A stretch of DNA of 64,000 nucleotides, from positions 4,691-68,690 of the forward strand of contig CAYRUF010000018.1 in NCBI GenBank assembly GCA_964427375.1, read 5' to 3'. The stretch comes from an uncultured Desulfatibacillum sp. (GTDB lineage: Bacteria; Desulfobacterota; Desulfobacteria; Desulfobacterales; SpSt-501). Position numbers and translations under genes: made by a program. Positions within the stretch are counted from its first letter, which is position 1. Every line of letters begins with the position of its first letter. Positions 1 to 14,309 of this stretch are shown here, piece after piece. The notes under the pieces are model-generated. The model did not search any database, was not told where the DNA came from, and was given only the letters and a program-made list of their open reading frames with translations.

Positions 1-891
1 ATGGGCACGGAGATCCGCGAGACCATCCTGGAAGAGCTGGCAGCGGAAGTCCAGGCAATCAAGGCCAAACACGGGGTGGTTCCCGGCCTGGTGACCATCC
101 TGGTGGGGGAAAATCCGGCATCGGTGTCCTACGTGACGCTCAAAATCAAGACGGCCCACCGGCTGGGGTTCAAGGAAATTCAGGACAACCAGCCGGCCAC
201 GCTGTCCGAAAGCGATCTGCTGGCCCTGATCGATAAATACAACAGGGACGACTCGATCCACGGCATTTTGGTGCAGCTGCCGCTGCCCAAACAGGTCAAC
301 GAGAAGAAGGTGCTCAACGCGATCGATCCGGACAAGGACGTGGACGGCTTTCACCCCGTGAATGTCGGACGCCTGATGATCGGGGGCTCGGAGGTGAAAT
401 TCCCGCCCTGCACCCCGGCCGGCATCCAGGAGCTCATCGTGCGCTCCGGGGTTCCCACCAGCGGCGCCGAAGTGGTCGTGGTGGGGCGCTCCAACATCGT
501 CGGCAAGCCGATCGCCAACATGATGCTCCAGAAGGCCAAGGGCGCCAACGCGACGGTGACGGTGATTCATACCGGCACCAAGGACATGGCTTCGCACTGC
601 CAGCGGGCCGACATCCTGATCGTGGCCGCCGGCGTACCCGGCCTGGTGAAGCCGGAGTGGATCAAGCCGGGGGCCTGTGTGATCGACGTGGGCGTCAACC
701 GCGTCGGCGAGAAAGTCAGCGAAAAGACCGGCCAGAAGGTGGCCATCCTGAAAGGGGATGTCGACTTCGACGCCGCCAAGCAGGTTGCGGGCTGGATTAC
801 GCCGGTGCCGGGCGGGGTGGGGCCGATGACCATCACGATGCTGATGCAGAACACCCTGAAATCCTTGAAGTTCAAGCTCGGCATCGCTTGA
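1..891 (+). CDS. folD: Bifunctional 5,10-methylenetetrahydrofolate dehydrogenase / methenyl-THF cyclohydrolase FolD (5-prime end probably cut by window edge)
   Basis: ORF 1..891. It carries FolD-like motifs: VPGLVTILVGENPASVSYV, HGILVQLPLP, CTPAGIQELI, VVVVGRSNIVGKP, TPVPGGVGPMT. The usual ~10 N-terminal residues before this point are missing, so the true start may lie upstream of the window. Confidence 0.9.
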   Translation: MGTEIRETILEELAAEVQAIKAKHGVVPGLVTILVGENPASVSYVTLKIKTAHRLGFKEIQDNQPATLSESDLLALIDKYNRDDSIHGILVQLPLPKQVNEKKVLNAIDPDKDVDGFHPVNVGRLMIGGSEVKFPPCTPAGIQELIVRSGVPTSGAEVVVVGRSNIVGKPIANMMLQKAKGANATVTVIHTGTKDMASHCQRADILIVAAGVPGLVKPEWIKPGACVIDVGVNRVGEKVSEKTGQKVAILKGDVDFDAAKQVAGWITPVPGGVGPMTITMLMQNTLKSLKFKLGIA

Positions 892-939
892 TCCCGGAGG
901 TGCCGCGGGCCGTCGGATGGGCCTCCCAAGAATAAGGGG

Positions 940-969
940 TTGACAAGACCAGGCCCGGGTTTTTATAAG
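940..969 (+). promoter_or_regulatory. Sigma-70-type promoter candidate for the riboswitch/M23 peptidase transcript
   Basis: TTGACA at 940-945, a 17-18 nt spacer, then TTATAA/TATAAG at 963-969. It sits directly upstream of the riboswitch aptamer. Confidence 0.45.
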
Positions 970-980
970 AGCTCTGCTTT

Positions 981-1075
981 ACGTTGCGAAAAGGCAAAGT
1001 CACCGAAAGATGGCGGCGCAAAGCCACGGGTCTAAAGCCGTAATGGCCAGGATAGCCGGGCTGCCGATGTGCCGT
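981..1075 (+). promoter_or_regulatory. c-di-GMP-I (GEMM-I) riboswitch aptamer
   Basis: The sequence AAGGCAAAGUCACCGAAAGAUGGCGGCGCAAAGCCACGGGUCUAAAGCC...AGGAUAGCCGGGCUGCCGAUG matches the conserved GEMM-I blocks almost position by position, as remembered from the Vibrio Vc2 aptamer (GGCAAA, GAAA tetraloop, CGCAAAGCC, CGG-CUAAA, UAGC-GGG-U-CCGAUG). A P1 pairing is possible between 981-987 and 1071-1075. Confidence 0.8.
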
Positions 1076-1078
1076 GAC

Positions 1079-1112
1079 AGACCTTCGGGCGGCCGCGCCC
1101 GAAGGTCTTTTG
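1079..1112 (+). terminator. Intrinsic terminator / riboswitch expression platform
   Basis: An 11-bp stem pairs AGACCTTCGGG (1079-1089) with CCCGAAGGTCT (1098-1108), followed by TTTT. It lies between the aptamer and the M23 peptidase start codon. Confidence 0.6.
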
Positions 1113-1192
1113 GTTGGTGAAGCCAAGCAGCCCGAAATCGCGAAGCCGGGCGGCCGGACTCCGCGGGCCCCGGCGCCGAGAGGAACCGCATC

Positions 1193-2143
1193 ATGCGCAA
1201 AACGATTTCGCTGGTCGTCTTGACGAACTCCGGCGCGGCGGCGAAGCAGTTCCGTATTTCGCGGGGGACGCTGCGCGGGCTGGCCGTTCTCACGGCGGTT
1301 CTCTTCGGGATGAGCGGCTGGCTGATGTACGATTATCTCCGGTTGAAAAGCGCTGAGCGCCGCCTCGAGCAGCGCGACCAGGCGCTTTCCGGAACGCTCG
1401 CCAGCCAGCGCGACGAACTTCAGCTCCAGCGCCGGCAGATCAGCGACTTTTCATGCGAGATCAATGCGCTCAAGGAAAGGCTGCTGGCGCTCAACGAGTT
1501 CGAAAAAAAAATCCGGGTCATGGCCGACCTCGACAAGCGGCCGGACAGCGCCAACCTTTTCGGCGTGGGTGGGCCCATCCCCCGGGCGCTGGATCCCAAG
1601 ACGGCGCTCGGCGACCAGCGCGGCAGCCTGGTGCGCGAGATGCATTCCCAGGTGGATCAGTTGGCGTTGGCTGCCGTGAACCAGGAAGACCATTTCAAGG
1701 CCCTGGTCGCCCACATCGAAAAGCAGCGGGGCCTGTTGGCATCCACCCCCACCATCCGGCCGATCGACCCGGACGTGGAGCATCTGGTGACCTCCCGTTT
1801 CGAATATCGCCCGTCGCCCTTCACCAACGTGCGTGAGTTCCACAAGGGCTACGACATCTCCGCGCGGGAAGGCACCCCCATTTACGCCACCGCCGCCGGG
1901 ACGGTCACCTTCGCCGGCGACAAGGGGCTGCTCGGCAAGACCATCATCATCGACCACGGTTATGGCCTCACCACGACGTACGGACACTGCAGCCGGCTTC
2001 TGAAACTTCCAGGGGAGAAGGTGCGGCGCTGGGAAACCATCGCGCTGCTGGGCAATACCGGCCGCAGCACCGGGCCTCATGTGCATTACGAGGTGGCCCT
2101 CCACGGCGTCCAGGTCAACCCCGAAAAATACTTCCTGAACTGA
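1193..2143 (+). CDS. M23/LytM-family metallopeptidase with N-terminal membrane anchor and coiled-coil (EnvC/NlpD-like architecture)
   Basis: LytM catalytic motifs are present: HKGYDI (HxxxD) and GPHVHYEV (HxH). There is an N-terminal hydrophobic segment (LAVLTAVLFGMSGWLMY), a coiled-coil region, and a GAGAGGAA RBS before the ATG. Confidence 0.85.
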   Translation: MRKTISLVVLTNSGAAAKQFRISRGTLRGLAVLTAVLFGMSGWLMYDYLRLKSAERRLEQRDQALSGTLASQRDELQLQRRQISDFSCEINALKERLLALNEFEKKIRVMADLDKRPDSANLFGVGGPIPRALDPKTALGDQRGSLVREMHSQVDQLALAAVNQEDHFKALVAHIEKQRGLLASTPTIRPIDPDVEHLVTSRFEYRPSPFTNVREFHKGYDISAREGTPIYATAAGTVTFAGDKGLLGKTIIIDHGYGLTTTYGHCSRLLKLPGEKVRRWETIALLGNTGRSTGPHVHYEVALHGVQVNPEKYFLN

Positions 2144-2276
2144 AAACGGCTTTGCCGGACGGCGGAAGGTGCGACCGGCCGCGTCCACCGGGCACCGGCC
2201 CGGCGGACGGCGCCGTTTTCCGTGCGTGGCCGGCGGTCCGCACGGACGGCCGTGCCGGCCGCCGGAGATGAAACGG

Positions 2277-2304
2277 TTGAGCCCCGTTCAGGATCTGCTA
2301 TAAT
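2277..2304 (+). promoter_or_regulatory. Sigma-70-type promoter candidate upstream of secA
   Basis: TTGAGC at 2277-2282, a 16-nt spacer, then a perfect TATAAT at 2299-2304. It is about 45 nt upstream of the secA ATG. Confidence 0.4.
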
Positions 2305-2350
2305 TGAAACGGTTCGGACCCAATTTTTTTAGAGAGGATATCCGGTTTCC

Positions 2351-4876
<2,526 letters not shown>

Positions 4877-4901
4877 GCCCGGCGCGAACCCCTGGCGTCT
4901 C

Positions 4902-4931
4902 TTTACAAAAACTCGCCGCAGTGATTATAAT
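4902..4931 (+). promoter_or_regulatory. Sigma-70-type promoter candidate upstream of clpS
   Basis: TTTACA at 4902-4907, an 18-nt spacer, then a perfect TATAAT at 4926-4931. Confidence 0.35.
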
Positions 4932-5003
4932 GAACCATTCTCGGAGAGCGGCCGCAGTCGGCATCGCCGCCGATTGACGGACGCGCCGCGCGTCGGGGAA
5001 TCC

Positions 5004-5318
5004 ATGAGCGAAGAGCGTCCGCAGCTTGAGGAAGATGTTCGTTCGGGGGAGGAGACCCAGCTGGATGAGCCGCCCCTGTTCAAAGTGCTCCTGCTCAACG
5101 ACGATTACACCACCATGGATTTCGTGGTGGAGGTGCTCAAACATGTTTTTCACAAGTCCGATGGGGACGCCCACCGGATCATGATGAACGTGCATCGCAA
5201 CGGATTCGGCGTCTGCGGGCTCTATCCGCGCGACATCGCCGAAACCAAGATCGACATGGTGGACAGCCTCGCCCGGGAAAAGGGCTTCCCGCTCAAATGC
5301 ACCATGGAAAGAGACTAA
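5004..5318 (+). CDS. clpS: ATP-dependent Clp protease adaptor ClpS
   Basis: The ClpS core is PLFKVLLLNDDYTTMDFVVEVL...AHRIMMNVHRNGFGVCG. I placed the start at ATG 5004 (MSEERPQ), inside the longer TTG-initiated ORF 4974..5318. Confidence 0.9.
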   Translation: MSEERPQLEEDVRSGEETQLDEPPLFKVLLLNDDYTTMDFVVEVLKHVFHKSDGDAHRIMMNVHRNGFGVCGLYPRDIAETKIDMVDSLAREKGFPLKCTMERD

Positions 5319-5322
5319 GCGT

Positions 5323-7560
<2,238 letters not shown>

Positions 7561-7566
7561 TGGCCC

Positions 7567-8316
7567 ATGCCGGTTTTCGTCCTCTCGGAGGCCCTCCAAT
7601 TTCCTCCGCCCCGCCTGGCCACGCCGGAGGGGCTGCTCGCCGTCGGCGGGGACCTGAGCCGGGAGCGCCTGCTGCTGGCCTACCGCCAGGGCATCTTCCC
7701 CTGGTACTCCGACGATGAGCCCATCTTGTGGTGGTCTCCGGATCCCCGGCTGGTGCTCTACCCCCGGGAGTTCCACCGTTCACGGTCGCTTGAGAAAGTG
7801 ATCCGGCGCGGTGCGTTCCGGGTCACGGCCGACCAGGCCTTCGAAACGGTGATCCGCGAATGCGCCGCCGTGCGCGCGGCGGGCGGAGAGGGCACCTGGA
7901 TCGTGCCGGAGATGATTCAGGCTTACTGCGATCTGCACCGCATGGGGGTGGCCCACTCGGTCGAGGCTTGGAGCGGGACGCGCCTGGCCGGCGGGTTGTA
8001 CGGCGTCTCGCTCGGCGCGGGCTTCTTCGGCGAATCCATGTTTACGCGGGAGGCGAACGCCTCGAAGGTGGCCCTGGCGGCCCTGGCGGCCTACTTGGCG
8101 GTCGAGGGCTTCGAGCTCATCGACTGCCAGGTGACCACCGGCCATCTCCAGCGCCTGGGGGCGCGCGAGATTCCGCGGAAGCGTTATCTCGAGCAGTTAA
8201 AGCGCTGCCTTGAAGCTCCCACGCGCAGCGGCAGCTGGACCATCCCCGAGTCGATTCTATCCGATTCTCCGGCCAAACGGCGGGGCGCGGTGCCTGCCAT
8301 TGGAACCCCCTGTTGA
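7567..8316 (+). CDS. aat: Leucyl/phenylalanyl-tRNA--protein transferase
   Basis: The N-terminal signature is GLLAVGGDLSRERLLLAYRQGIFPWYSDDEPILWWSPDPR, with a GESMF motif. It lies 6 nt after clpA, the classical N-degron gene context. Confidence 0.9.
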   Translation: MPVFVLSEALQFPPPRLATPEGLLAVGGDLSRERLLLAYRQGIFPWYSDDEPILWWSPDPRLVLYPREFHRSRSLEKVIRRGAFRVTADQAFETVIRECAAVRAAGGEGTWIVPEMIQAYCDLHRMGVAHSVEAWSGTRLAGGLYGVSLGAGFFGESMFTREANASKVALAALAAYLAVEGFELIDCQVTTGHLQRLGAREIPRKRYLEQLKRCLEAPTRSGSWTIPESILSDSPAKRRGAVPAIGTPC

Positions 8317-8322
8317 AACCGA

Positions 8323-8685
8323 ATGAAGGAATGCGCCATGAGCCAGCCATCCATGGATCCAGACTGCGTTTTCTGCCGGATCGCGCGAGGCGAGACGCCC
8401 ACCGAAATCCTGCAGGCCACCGACCAGTTCATTGTTTTCAGGGACATCCGGCCCCAGGCCCCGGTCCACCTGCTGATCGTGCCGCGCAAGCACATTCGCA
8501 GCGTCAACGACCTGGAGCCCGGCGACGCGCCGATCGTGGGCGAGCTCTTCCAGGCGGCCCGGGAAATGGCCCGGCGGCTCGACATCGCCCGCGACGGCTA
8601 CCGGCTGTTCGTGAACGTGGAGCGCGGCGGCGGGCAGGTCATCTTCCACCTGCACATGCACCTGATCGGCGGCTGGCGGCGATAG
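8323..8685 (+). CDS. HIT (histidine triad) family protein
   Basis: CVFCRI, HLLIVPRKH and the histidine triad HLHMHLIGG are present. The start could alternatively be the ATG at 8338. Confidence 0.85.
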   Translation: MKECAMSQPSMDPDCVFCRIARGETPTEILQATDQFIVFRDIRPQAPVHLLIVPRKHIRSVNDLEPGDAPIVGELFQAAREMARRLDIARDGYRLFVNVERGGGQVIFHLHMHLIGGWRR

Positions 8686-8842
8686 AGGCGGATGCGCAGG
8701 GTTCCGGAATACCGGCGGTGCCCAGCGTCCCGCCAATAAGCGATTTTTTAACGAGCATCGAGCATCCGGCATCGAGTATCGGGTCGTTTGGCGCTGGGAT
8801 CGTGCTGAAACTCATCCCGGAGCGGCGTCATCAGATGTTCGC

Positions 8843-10015
8843 ATGAGCAACCCCCTCGGCGGCCTTTACATCCACATTCCGTTCTGCGTGCGCAAGTGCG
8901 CGTATTGCGACTTCTATTCGGTCTCCGACCTGAACCTGATGCCCACGTTTCTGAAAGCGCTTTCGGCGGAGATCGCCGGGGCCGACGCCGGGCCGCTCGA
9001 TTTCGACACGATTTACTTCGGCGGCGGCACGCCCTCGATCCTCGCCCCGGCGGAAATCGAAGGGATCCTTGATCGGTTGAATTCCAAATTCCGGCTGGCC
9101 GGACCGCTGGAAGTGACGCTCGAGGCCAATCCGGGGACTGTGGATGCCGAGCGGCTGAAAGGGTTCCGCTCGGCCGGCGTCAACCGCATCAATCTCGGGG
9201 TTCAGTCCTTTCGGGAGGAGAACCTGAGGCTGCTCGGCCGGATCCACTCGGCCGGACAGGCGCACGACGCCGTCGCGGCGGCGCGCCGGGCCGGGTTCGA
9301 AGACCTCGGGCTGGATCTCATCTACGGCCTGCCGGGCCAGAGCCTGGGCGCCTGGATGGCGGACCTCGAAAGCGCCCTTGCCTGCGACCCGGAGCACCTG
9401 GCCTGCTACATGCTCAGCGTCGAGCCCGGTACCCCGCTGGCCGCCGACGAGCTCGCCGGCCGCTTTCGGCCGGCGCCGGAGAAGGACACGGCCGAGCTGT
9501 TCCTGGCGACGTCCGAGCGCCTGGCCGGGTGCGGCTATCTCCACTACGAAATCTCCAACTTCGCGCGCGGCAAGGCCGCCGGCAGGGCCGCGCGGGTCTC
9601 ACGGCACAACTCCAAGTACTGGGCCTACGCGCCCTACCTGGGGTTCGGCCCGGCGGCGCATTCCTTCCGGCCCCCCCGCCGGTTCTGGAACCACCGCGAT
9701 GTCCGGCGCTACATCGCCGCGCTGCAGGCCGGCCGCCGGCCGCCCGGCGGCGAGGAGGTTCTGAGCGCGGACCAGCAGATGCTGGAGGTGGTCATGCTGG
9801 GGCTGCGGACGTCGGCGGGGATCGACCGGGCGGATTTTAAGGCGCGCTTCGGCCGGGATTTCAATGAGATCTGCGGGGCCGCGGCGGAGGAGCTGGCGGC
9901 CCGCGGGCTGCTCACGCTCGAAAATGGACGCTGCGCGCCGACGCGGCAGGGCATGCTCTTCCTGAACACGGTCGTCGCCGCTTTGACCGGAAACGACCCG
10001 TTGATGGGCTCATGA
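8843..10015 (+). CDS. hemW: Radical SAM heme chaperone HemW (coproporphyrinogen III oxidase-like)
   Basis: LYIHIPFCVRKCAYCDF contains the CxxxCxxC radical SAM motif. It also has GGGTPS and the C-terminal HemN_C-like region, 390 aa in total. Confidence 0.9.
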   Translation: MSNPLGGLYIHIPFCVRKCAYCDFYSVSDLNLMPTFLKALSAEIAGADAGPLDFDTIYFGGGTPSILAPAEIEGILDRLNSKFRLAGPLEVTLEANPGTVDAERLKGFRSAGVNRINLGVQSFREENLRLLGRIHSAGQAHDAVAAARRAGFEDLGLDLIYGLPGQSLGAWMADLESALACDPEHLACYMLSVEPGTPLAADELAGRFRPAPEKDTAELFLATSERLAGCGYLHYEISNFARGKAAGRAARVSRHNSKYWAYAPYLGFGPAAHSFRPPRRFWNHRDVRRYIAALQAGRRPPGGEEVLSADQQMLEVVMLGLRTSAGIDRADFKARFGRDFNEICGAAAEELAARGLLTLENGRCAPTRQGMLFLNTVVAALTGNDPLMGS

Positions 10016-10030
10016 AACCTCGCGCCCGTC

Positions 10031-10153
10031 GACGACTTCGCGGGAAGGCCCAGATCCAGGCGCGCAAATCTTGCGGCGCGAGGCGTACTGACCGTGCGCC
10101 GCAGCGACCGCGAGATGGAGCGCAACGCCGAGATTGGACTTCTCGGGGAGTCG
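10031..10153. repeat. Long imperfect palindromic intergenic repeat, copy A
   Basis: The 91-nt core at 10047-10137 matches the reverse complement of 40586-40676 at 78 of 91 positions without gaps (hand alignment). Outer arms 10031-10056 and 10128-10153 are largely complementary. The element fills the gap between the convergent hemW and selB stops. Confidence 0.6.
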
Positions 10154-12067
<1,914 letters not shown>

Positions 12068-12181
12068 TGCGTCACGCTCCTGAAGATGCCCGGCCGAACG
12101 GTGGATGCCGTTCGCTCCCGCCCGCCGGAAAAGCGACGGGCGCATGCGCGGTTTTCGGCCGCCGACGGCGCCGGGCGGAGG

Positions 12182-12355
12182 TCAGCGGGTCTTCCGCTTC
12201 CTGAAATATTCGAAACCATACGCGAGCCCCACCAGAACGGCGGCCAGCCCCGCGACATAGGCCGCGCTGACCGCGCCGCGGAACATGCGGGTGATGAGGG
12301 TGGCGATGGCTACTCCCAGAACGGCCCGGATAAAAAAAAGGATGAACGGATGCAT
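12182..12355 (-). CDS. Small hydrophobic protein (57 aa, two predicted TM segments), hypothetical
   Basis: Hand translation gives MHPFILFFIRAVLGVAIATLITRMFRGAVSAAYVAGLAAVLVGLAYGFEYFRKRKTR. A GAGGA RBS lies 8 nt upstream of the ATG. It is below the 60-aa cut-off of the ORF track. Confidence 0.4.
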   Translation of the reverse strand: MHPFILFFIRAVLGVAIATLITRMFRGAVSAAYVAGLAAVLVGLAYGFEYFRKRKTR

Positions 12356-12438
12356 GCGCTTTTCCTCTTAGAAGTCGGTTGGGGCGCACGGCGCCGTCCG
12401 CTCGATGAGGGAGTCGGCCGGCTCCAATTCCGCCATTT

Positions 12439-12476
12439 CCCCCTTTGCCAAAGAAAGGCAGGGGGATTTTGAAATC
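12439..12476 (+). repeat. Short hairpin + GGATTTTGAAA motif, copy 1
   Basis: The hairpin is CCCCCTTTGCC / loop AAAGAAA / GGCAGGGGG, followed by ATTTTGAAATC. It matches 12573-12610 at 27 of 38 positions (hand count). Confidence 0.4.
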
Positions 12477-12572
12477 GACGGGTTCCGGCTTTTACTTGTA
12501 TTCAACTTTGAGGGCGCTTTCAACAGCTGTTTCCACCCGGATGCCTCCCCCTCCTTGCGCCGCGCTTGGCTT

Positions 12573-12610
12573 TCTCCTTCGCCGAAGAGGGACAACCGGA
12601 TTTTGAAACC
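12573..12610 (+). repeat. Short hairpin + GGATTTTGAAA motif, copy 2
   Basis: The hairpin core is CCTTCG-C-CGAAGAGG, followed by GACAACCGGATTTTGAAACC. It is a direct repeat of copy 1, 134 nt downstream. Confidence 0.4.
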
Positions 12611-12657
12611 TGCGTCACGATAAAAATAAACACGATACAGCGAGGCTCAATTTTTTC

Positions 12658-12686
12658 TTGATCTAACCATTTCGATTTGTTAACTT
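12658..12686 (+). promoter_or_regulatory. Sigma-70-type promoter candidate for the tRNA-His/tRNA-Arg pair
   Basis: TTGATC at 12658-12663, a 17-nt spacer, then TAACTT at 12681-12686. It is about 40 nt upstream of tRNA-His, in an AT-rich patch. Confidence 0.35.
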
Positions 12687-12724
12687 GCGAAATTCTTGGA
12701 GGAATCATCCGAACAGCCGTTTGC

Positions 12725-12801
12725 GGTGGGTGTAGCTCAGTTGGCAGAGCACCGGGTTGTGGCCCCGGTTGTCGTGGGTTCAAATCCCATCACTCACCCC
12801 A
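12725..12801 (+). tRNA. tRNA-His (anticodon GTG), CCA encoded
   Basis: A cloverleaf was folded by hand. It has the extra G-1 paired to C73 typical of tRNA-His, a 7-bp acceptor stem GTGGGTG/CACTCAC, the anticodon loop TTGTGGC, a T-loop TTCAAAT and a terminal CCA. Confidence 0.9.
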
Positions 12802-12803
12802 CT

Positions 12804-12884
<81 letters not shown>

Positions 12885-12981
12885 GAAATATCAAGGGGTT
12901 GCAGATCGAATTCTGTGGCCCCTTGCGCTTTGCTCGGCACCGGTGGTCGGGCTGAAACATCAACGATCGGAACCGTTTCCG

Positions 12982-13728
12982 GTGGATGATCGATCTCGGT
13001 TAAAGCACCTATCCCTGCTCCTCATTGGAGGCGTTTTTCTGGCCTCCGGGTTGGTTGTCCTGCTGATGCTGAAAATCGGCTGGTGGGCCTGGCTGGTCGG
13101 CTGCTACGACTTGTTCTGCGACCGCGAGTGGGTGCGGCAGATGATGCAGACCAGCGGGTGGACCGCCTCCGCCGTATTTGTCGCCCTGCAGGTGGGGCAG
13201 GTCGTTTTCGCGCCCATTCCAGGTGACGTGACCGGAATCCTGGGAGGCTACCTGTTCGGGCCCCTCGGGGGCAGCTTGTTGTCCACGTTCGGTCTGACGA
13301 TCGGTTCCATGCTCAATTTCTTCATCGGGCGTTTTCTGGGCGAACGGGTGGTGCGGCGGATGGTGAGCTGCGAGACCTATGAGAAGTACAACGAGCTGGT
13401 GCAGTACAAGGGAATTCTGGTCATCTTCATCTTTTTCCTGGTTCCCGGCTTTCCCAAGGATTACCTCTGCCTGTTTCTGGGCCTGACGACGCTGCCCGCC
13501 GGCGTGTTTTTCGTGGTGTCGACGGTCGGCCGGATCCCCGGCACCGTCGCCCTGAGCCTGCAGGGTGCCTCGATCTTCGATAAAAACTACATGTTTTTCG
13601 TGGTCGTCACCGCGCTGTGCCTGCTCTTCGCTATCGGCGCCTACCTGCTGCGCGACCCGCTTTACCGCTGGATGGCCCGTAAAAGCCAAGAGCGGGTTTG
13701 CGGATCGGTCCTGGAGATCCGGTCGTAG
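12982..13728 (+). CDS. TVP38/TMEM64 (DedA-related, SNARE-associated) family membrane protein
   Basis: Family-like motifs are [30 protein letters not shown] and [17 protein letters not shown], in a multi-TM protein. The ORF track start (12757) overlaps both tRNAs, so I moved the start to in-frame GTG 12982. ATG 13066 is an alternative. Confidence 0.75.
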   Translation: MDDRSRLKHLSLLLIGGVFLASGLVVLLMLKIGWWAWLVGCYDLFCDREWVRQMMQTSGWTASAVFVALQVGQVVFAPIPGDVTGILGGYLFGPLGGSLLSTFGLTIGSMLNFFIGRFLGERVVRRMVSCETYEKYNELVQYKGILVIFIFFLVPGFPKDYLCLFLGLTTLPAGVFFVVSTVGRIPGTVALSLQGASIFDKNYMFFVVVTALCLLFAIGAYLLRDPLYRWMARKSQERVCGSVLEIRS

Positions 13729-13884
13729 GACTTCCCGACCCGTAACCGCATTTGGAGGCGGCCCGGCGGCCGCTGGATAAGTCCCGCTAACAATTTTCTT
13801 GACAAAAATCTCATGGTAACAGTAAGTTGCGTACGAAATTATCCGGAGAGCTTGCATCCACCCTTTCAACGGAATTGCCGAGCG

Positions 13885-14193
13885 ATGACCCTCACAAAAG
13901 AGCACCTGATTAACTCTCTGGCCGAAGAAAACGGATACAGCCGTATCCAGGCCGCCGAGCTGATTGAAACCCTCATCGAAATCATCAAGTCCCGGCTCAC
14001 GTCGGGAGAGGATGTCCTGGTTAGCGGATTCGGGAAGTTCTGTGTCAGGCAGAAGCGGGAGCGCCGGGGCCGGAACCCGGCCACCGGGGAGAGCATGGTG
14101 CTCGCGCCCAGGCGGGTGGTGACGTTCAAGTGGTCGGGCCGGTTGCGGGACAAGATCAACGGCAGCCCCGCCACCGAAAGGGACGACTCGTAA
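13885..14193 (+). CDS. ihfA: Integration host factor / HU-family DNA-binding protein (IhfA-like)
   Basis: MTLTKEHL...GFGKFCVRQKRERRGRNPATGESMVLAPRRVVTFK resembles IHF alpha (GFGxF...GRNPxTGE...ARRVVTF). The start is at ATG 13885, inside the longer ORF 13813..14193. Confidence 0.8.
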   Translation: MTLTKEHLINSLAEENGYSRIQAAELIETLIEIIKSRLTSGEDVLVSGFGKFCVRQKRERRGRNPATGESMVLAPRRVVTFKWSGRLRDKINGSPATERDDS

Positions 14194-14227
14194 GAGAACG
14201 CCGTCCCGAGATTCATCGTTTCCACCG

Positions 14228-14256
14228 GGCAGACCTGGAAGGGGCCTGCCTTTTTC
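14228..14256 (+). terminator. Intrinsic terminator after the IHF-like gene
   Basis: The hairpin is GGCAGACC / loop / GGGGCCTGCC, followed by TTTTT at 14251-14255. Confidence 0.55.
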
Positions 14257-14309
14257 ATTTCTGGGGCCGGCTGCGCGCCAATGGCCGAACCCTTTGAGGA
14301 GACTCCGAA

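Noticed and set aside
8686-8842. The short reiterated GCATCGAG strings (GAGCATCGAGCATCCGGCATCGAGTATCG) between the HIT gene and hemW.
   Set aside because: There are only three short, imperfect copies with no palindromic or phased structure. This is compatible with chance or slippage and has no functional hypothesis I can support.
12068-12724. A possible tRNA-Sec (selC) next to selB. The ATTTTGAAA motifs read TTTCAAAAT on the minus strand and superficially resemble a UCA anticodon loop.
   Set aside because: No acceptor, D or T arms and no long variable arm can be folded around either site. The motifs belong to a direct repeat module instead.
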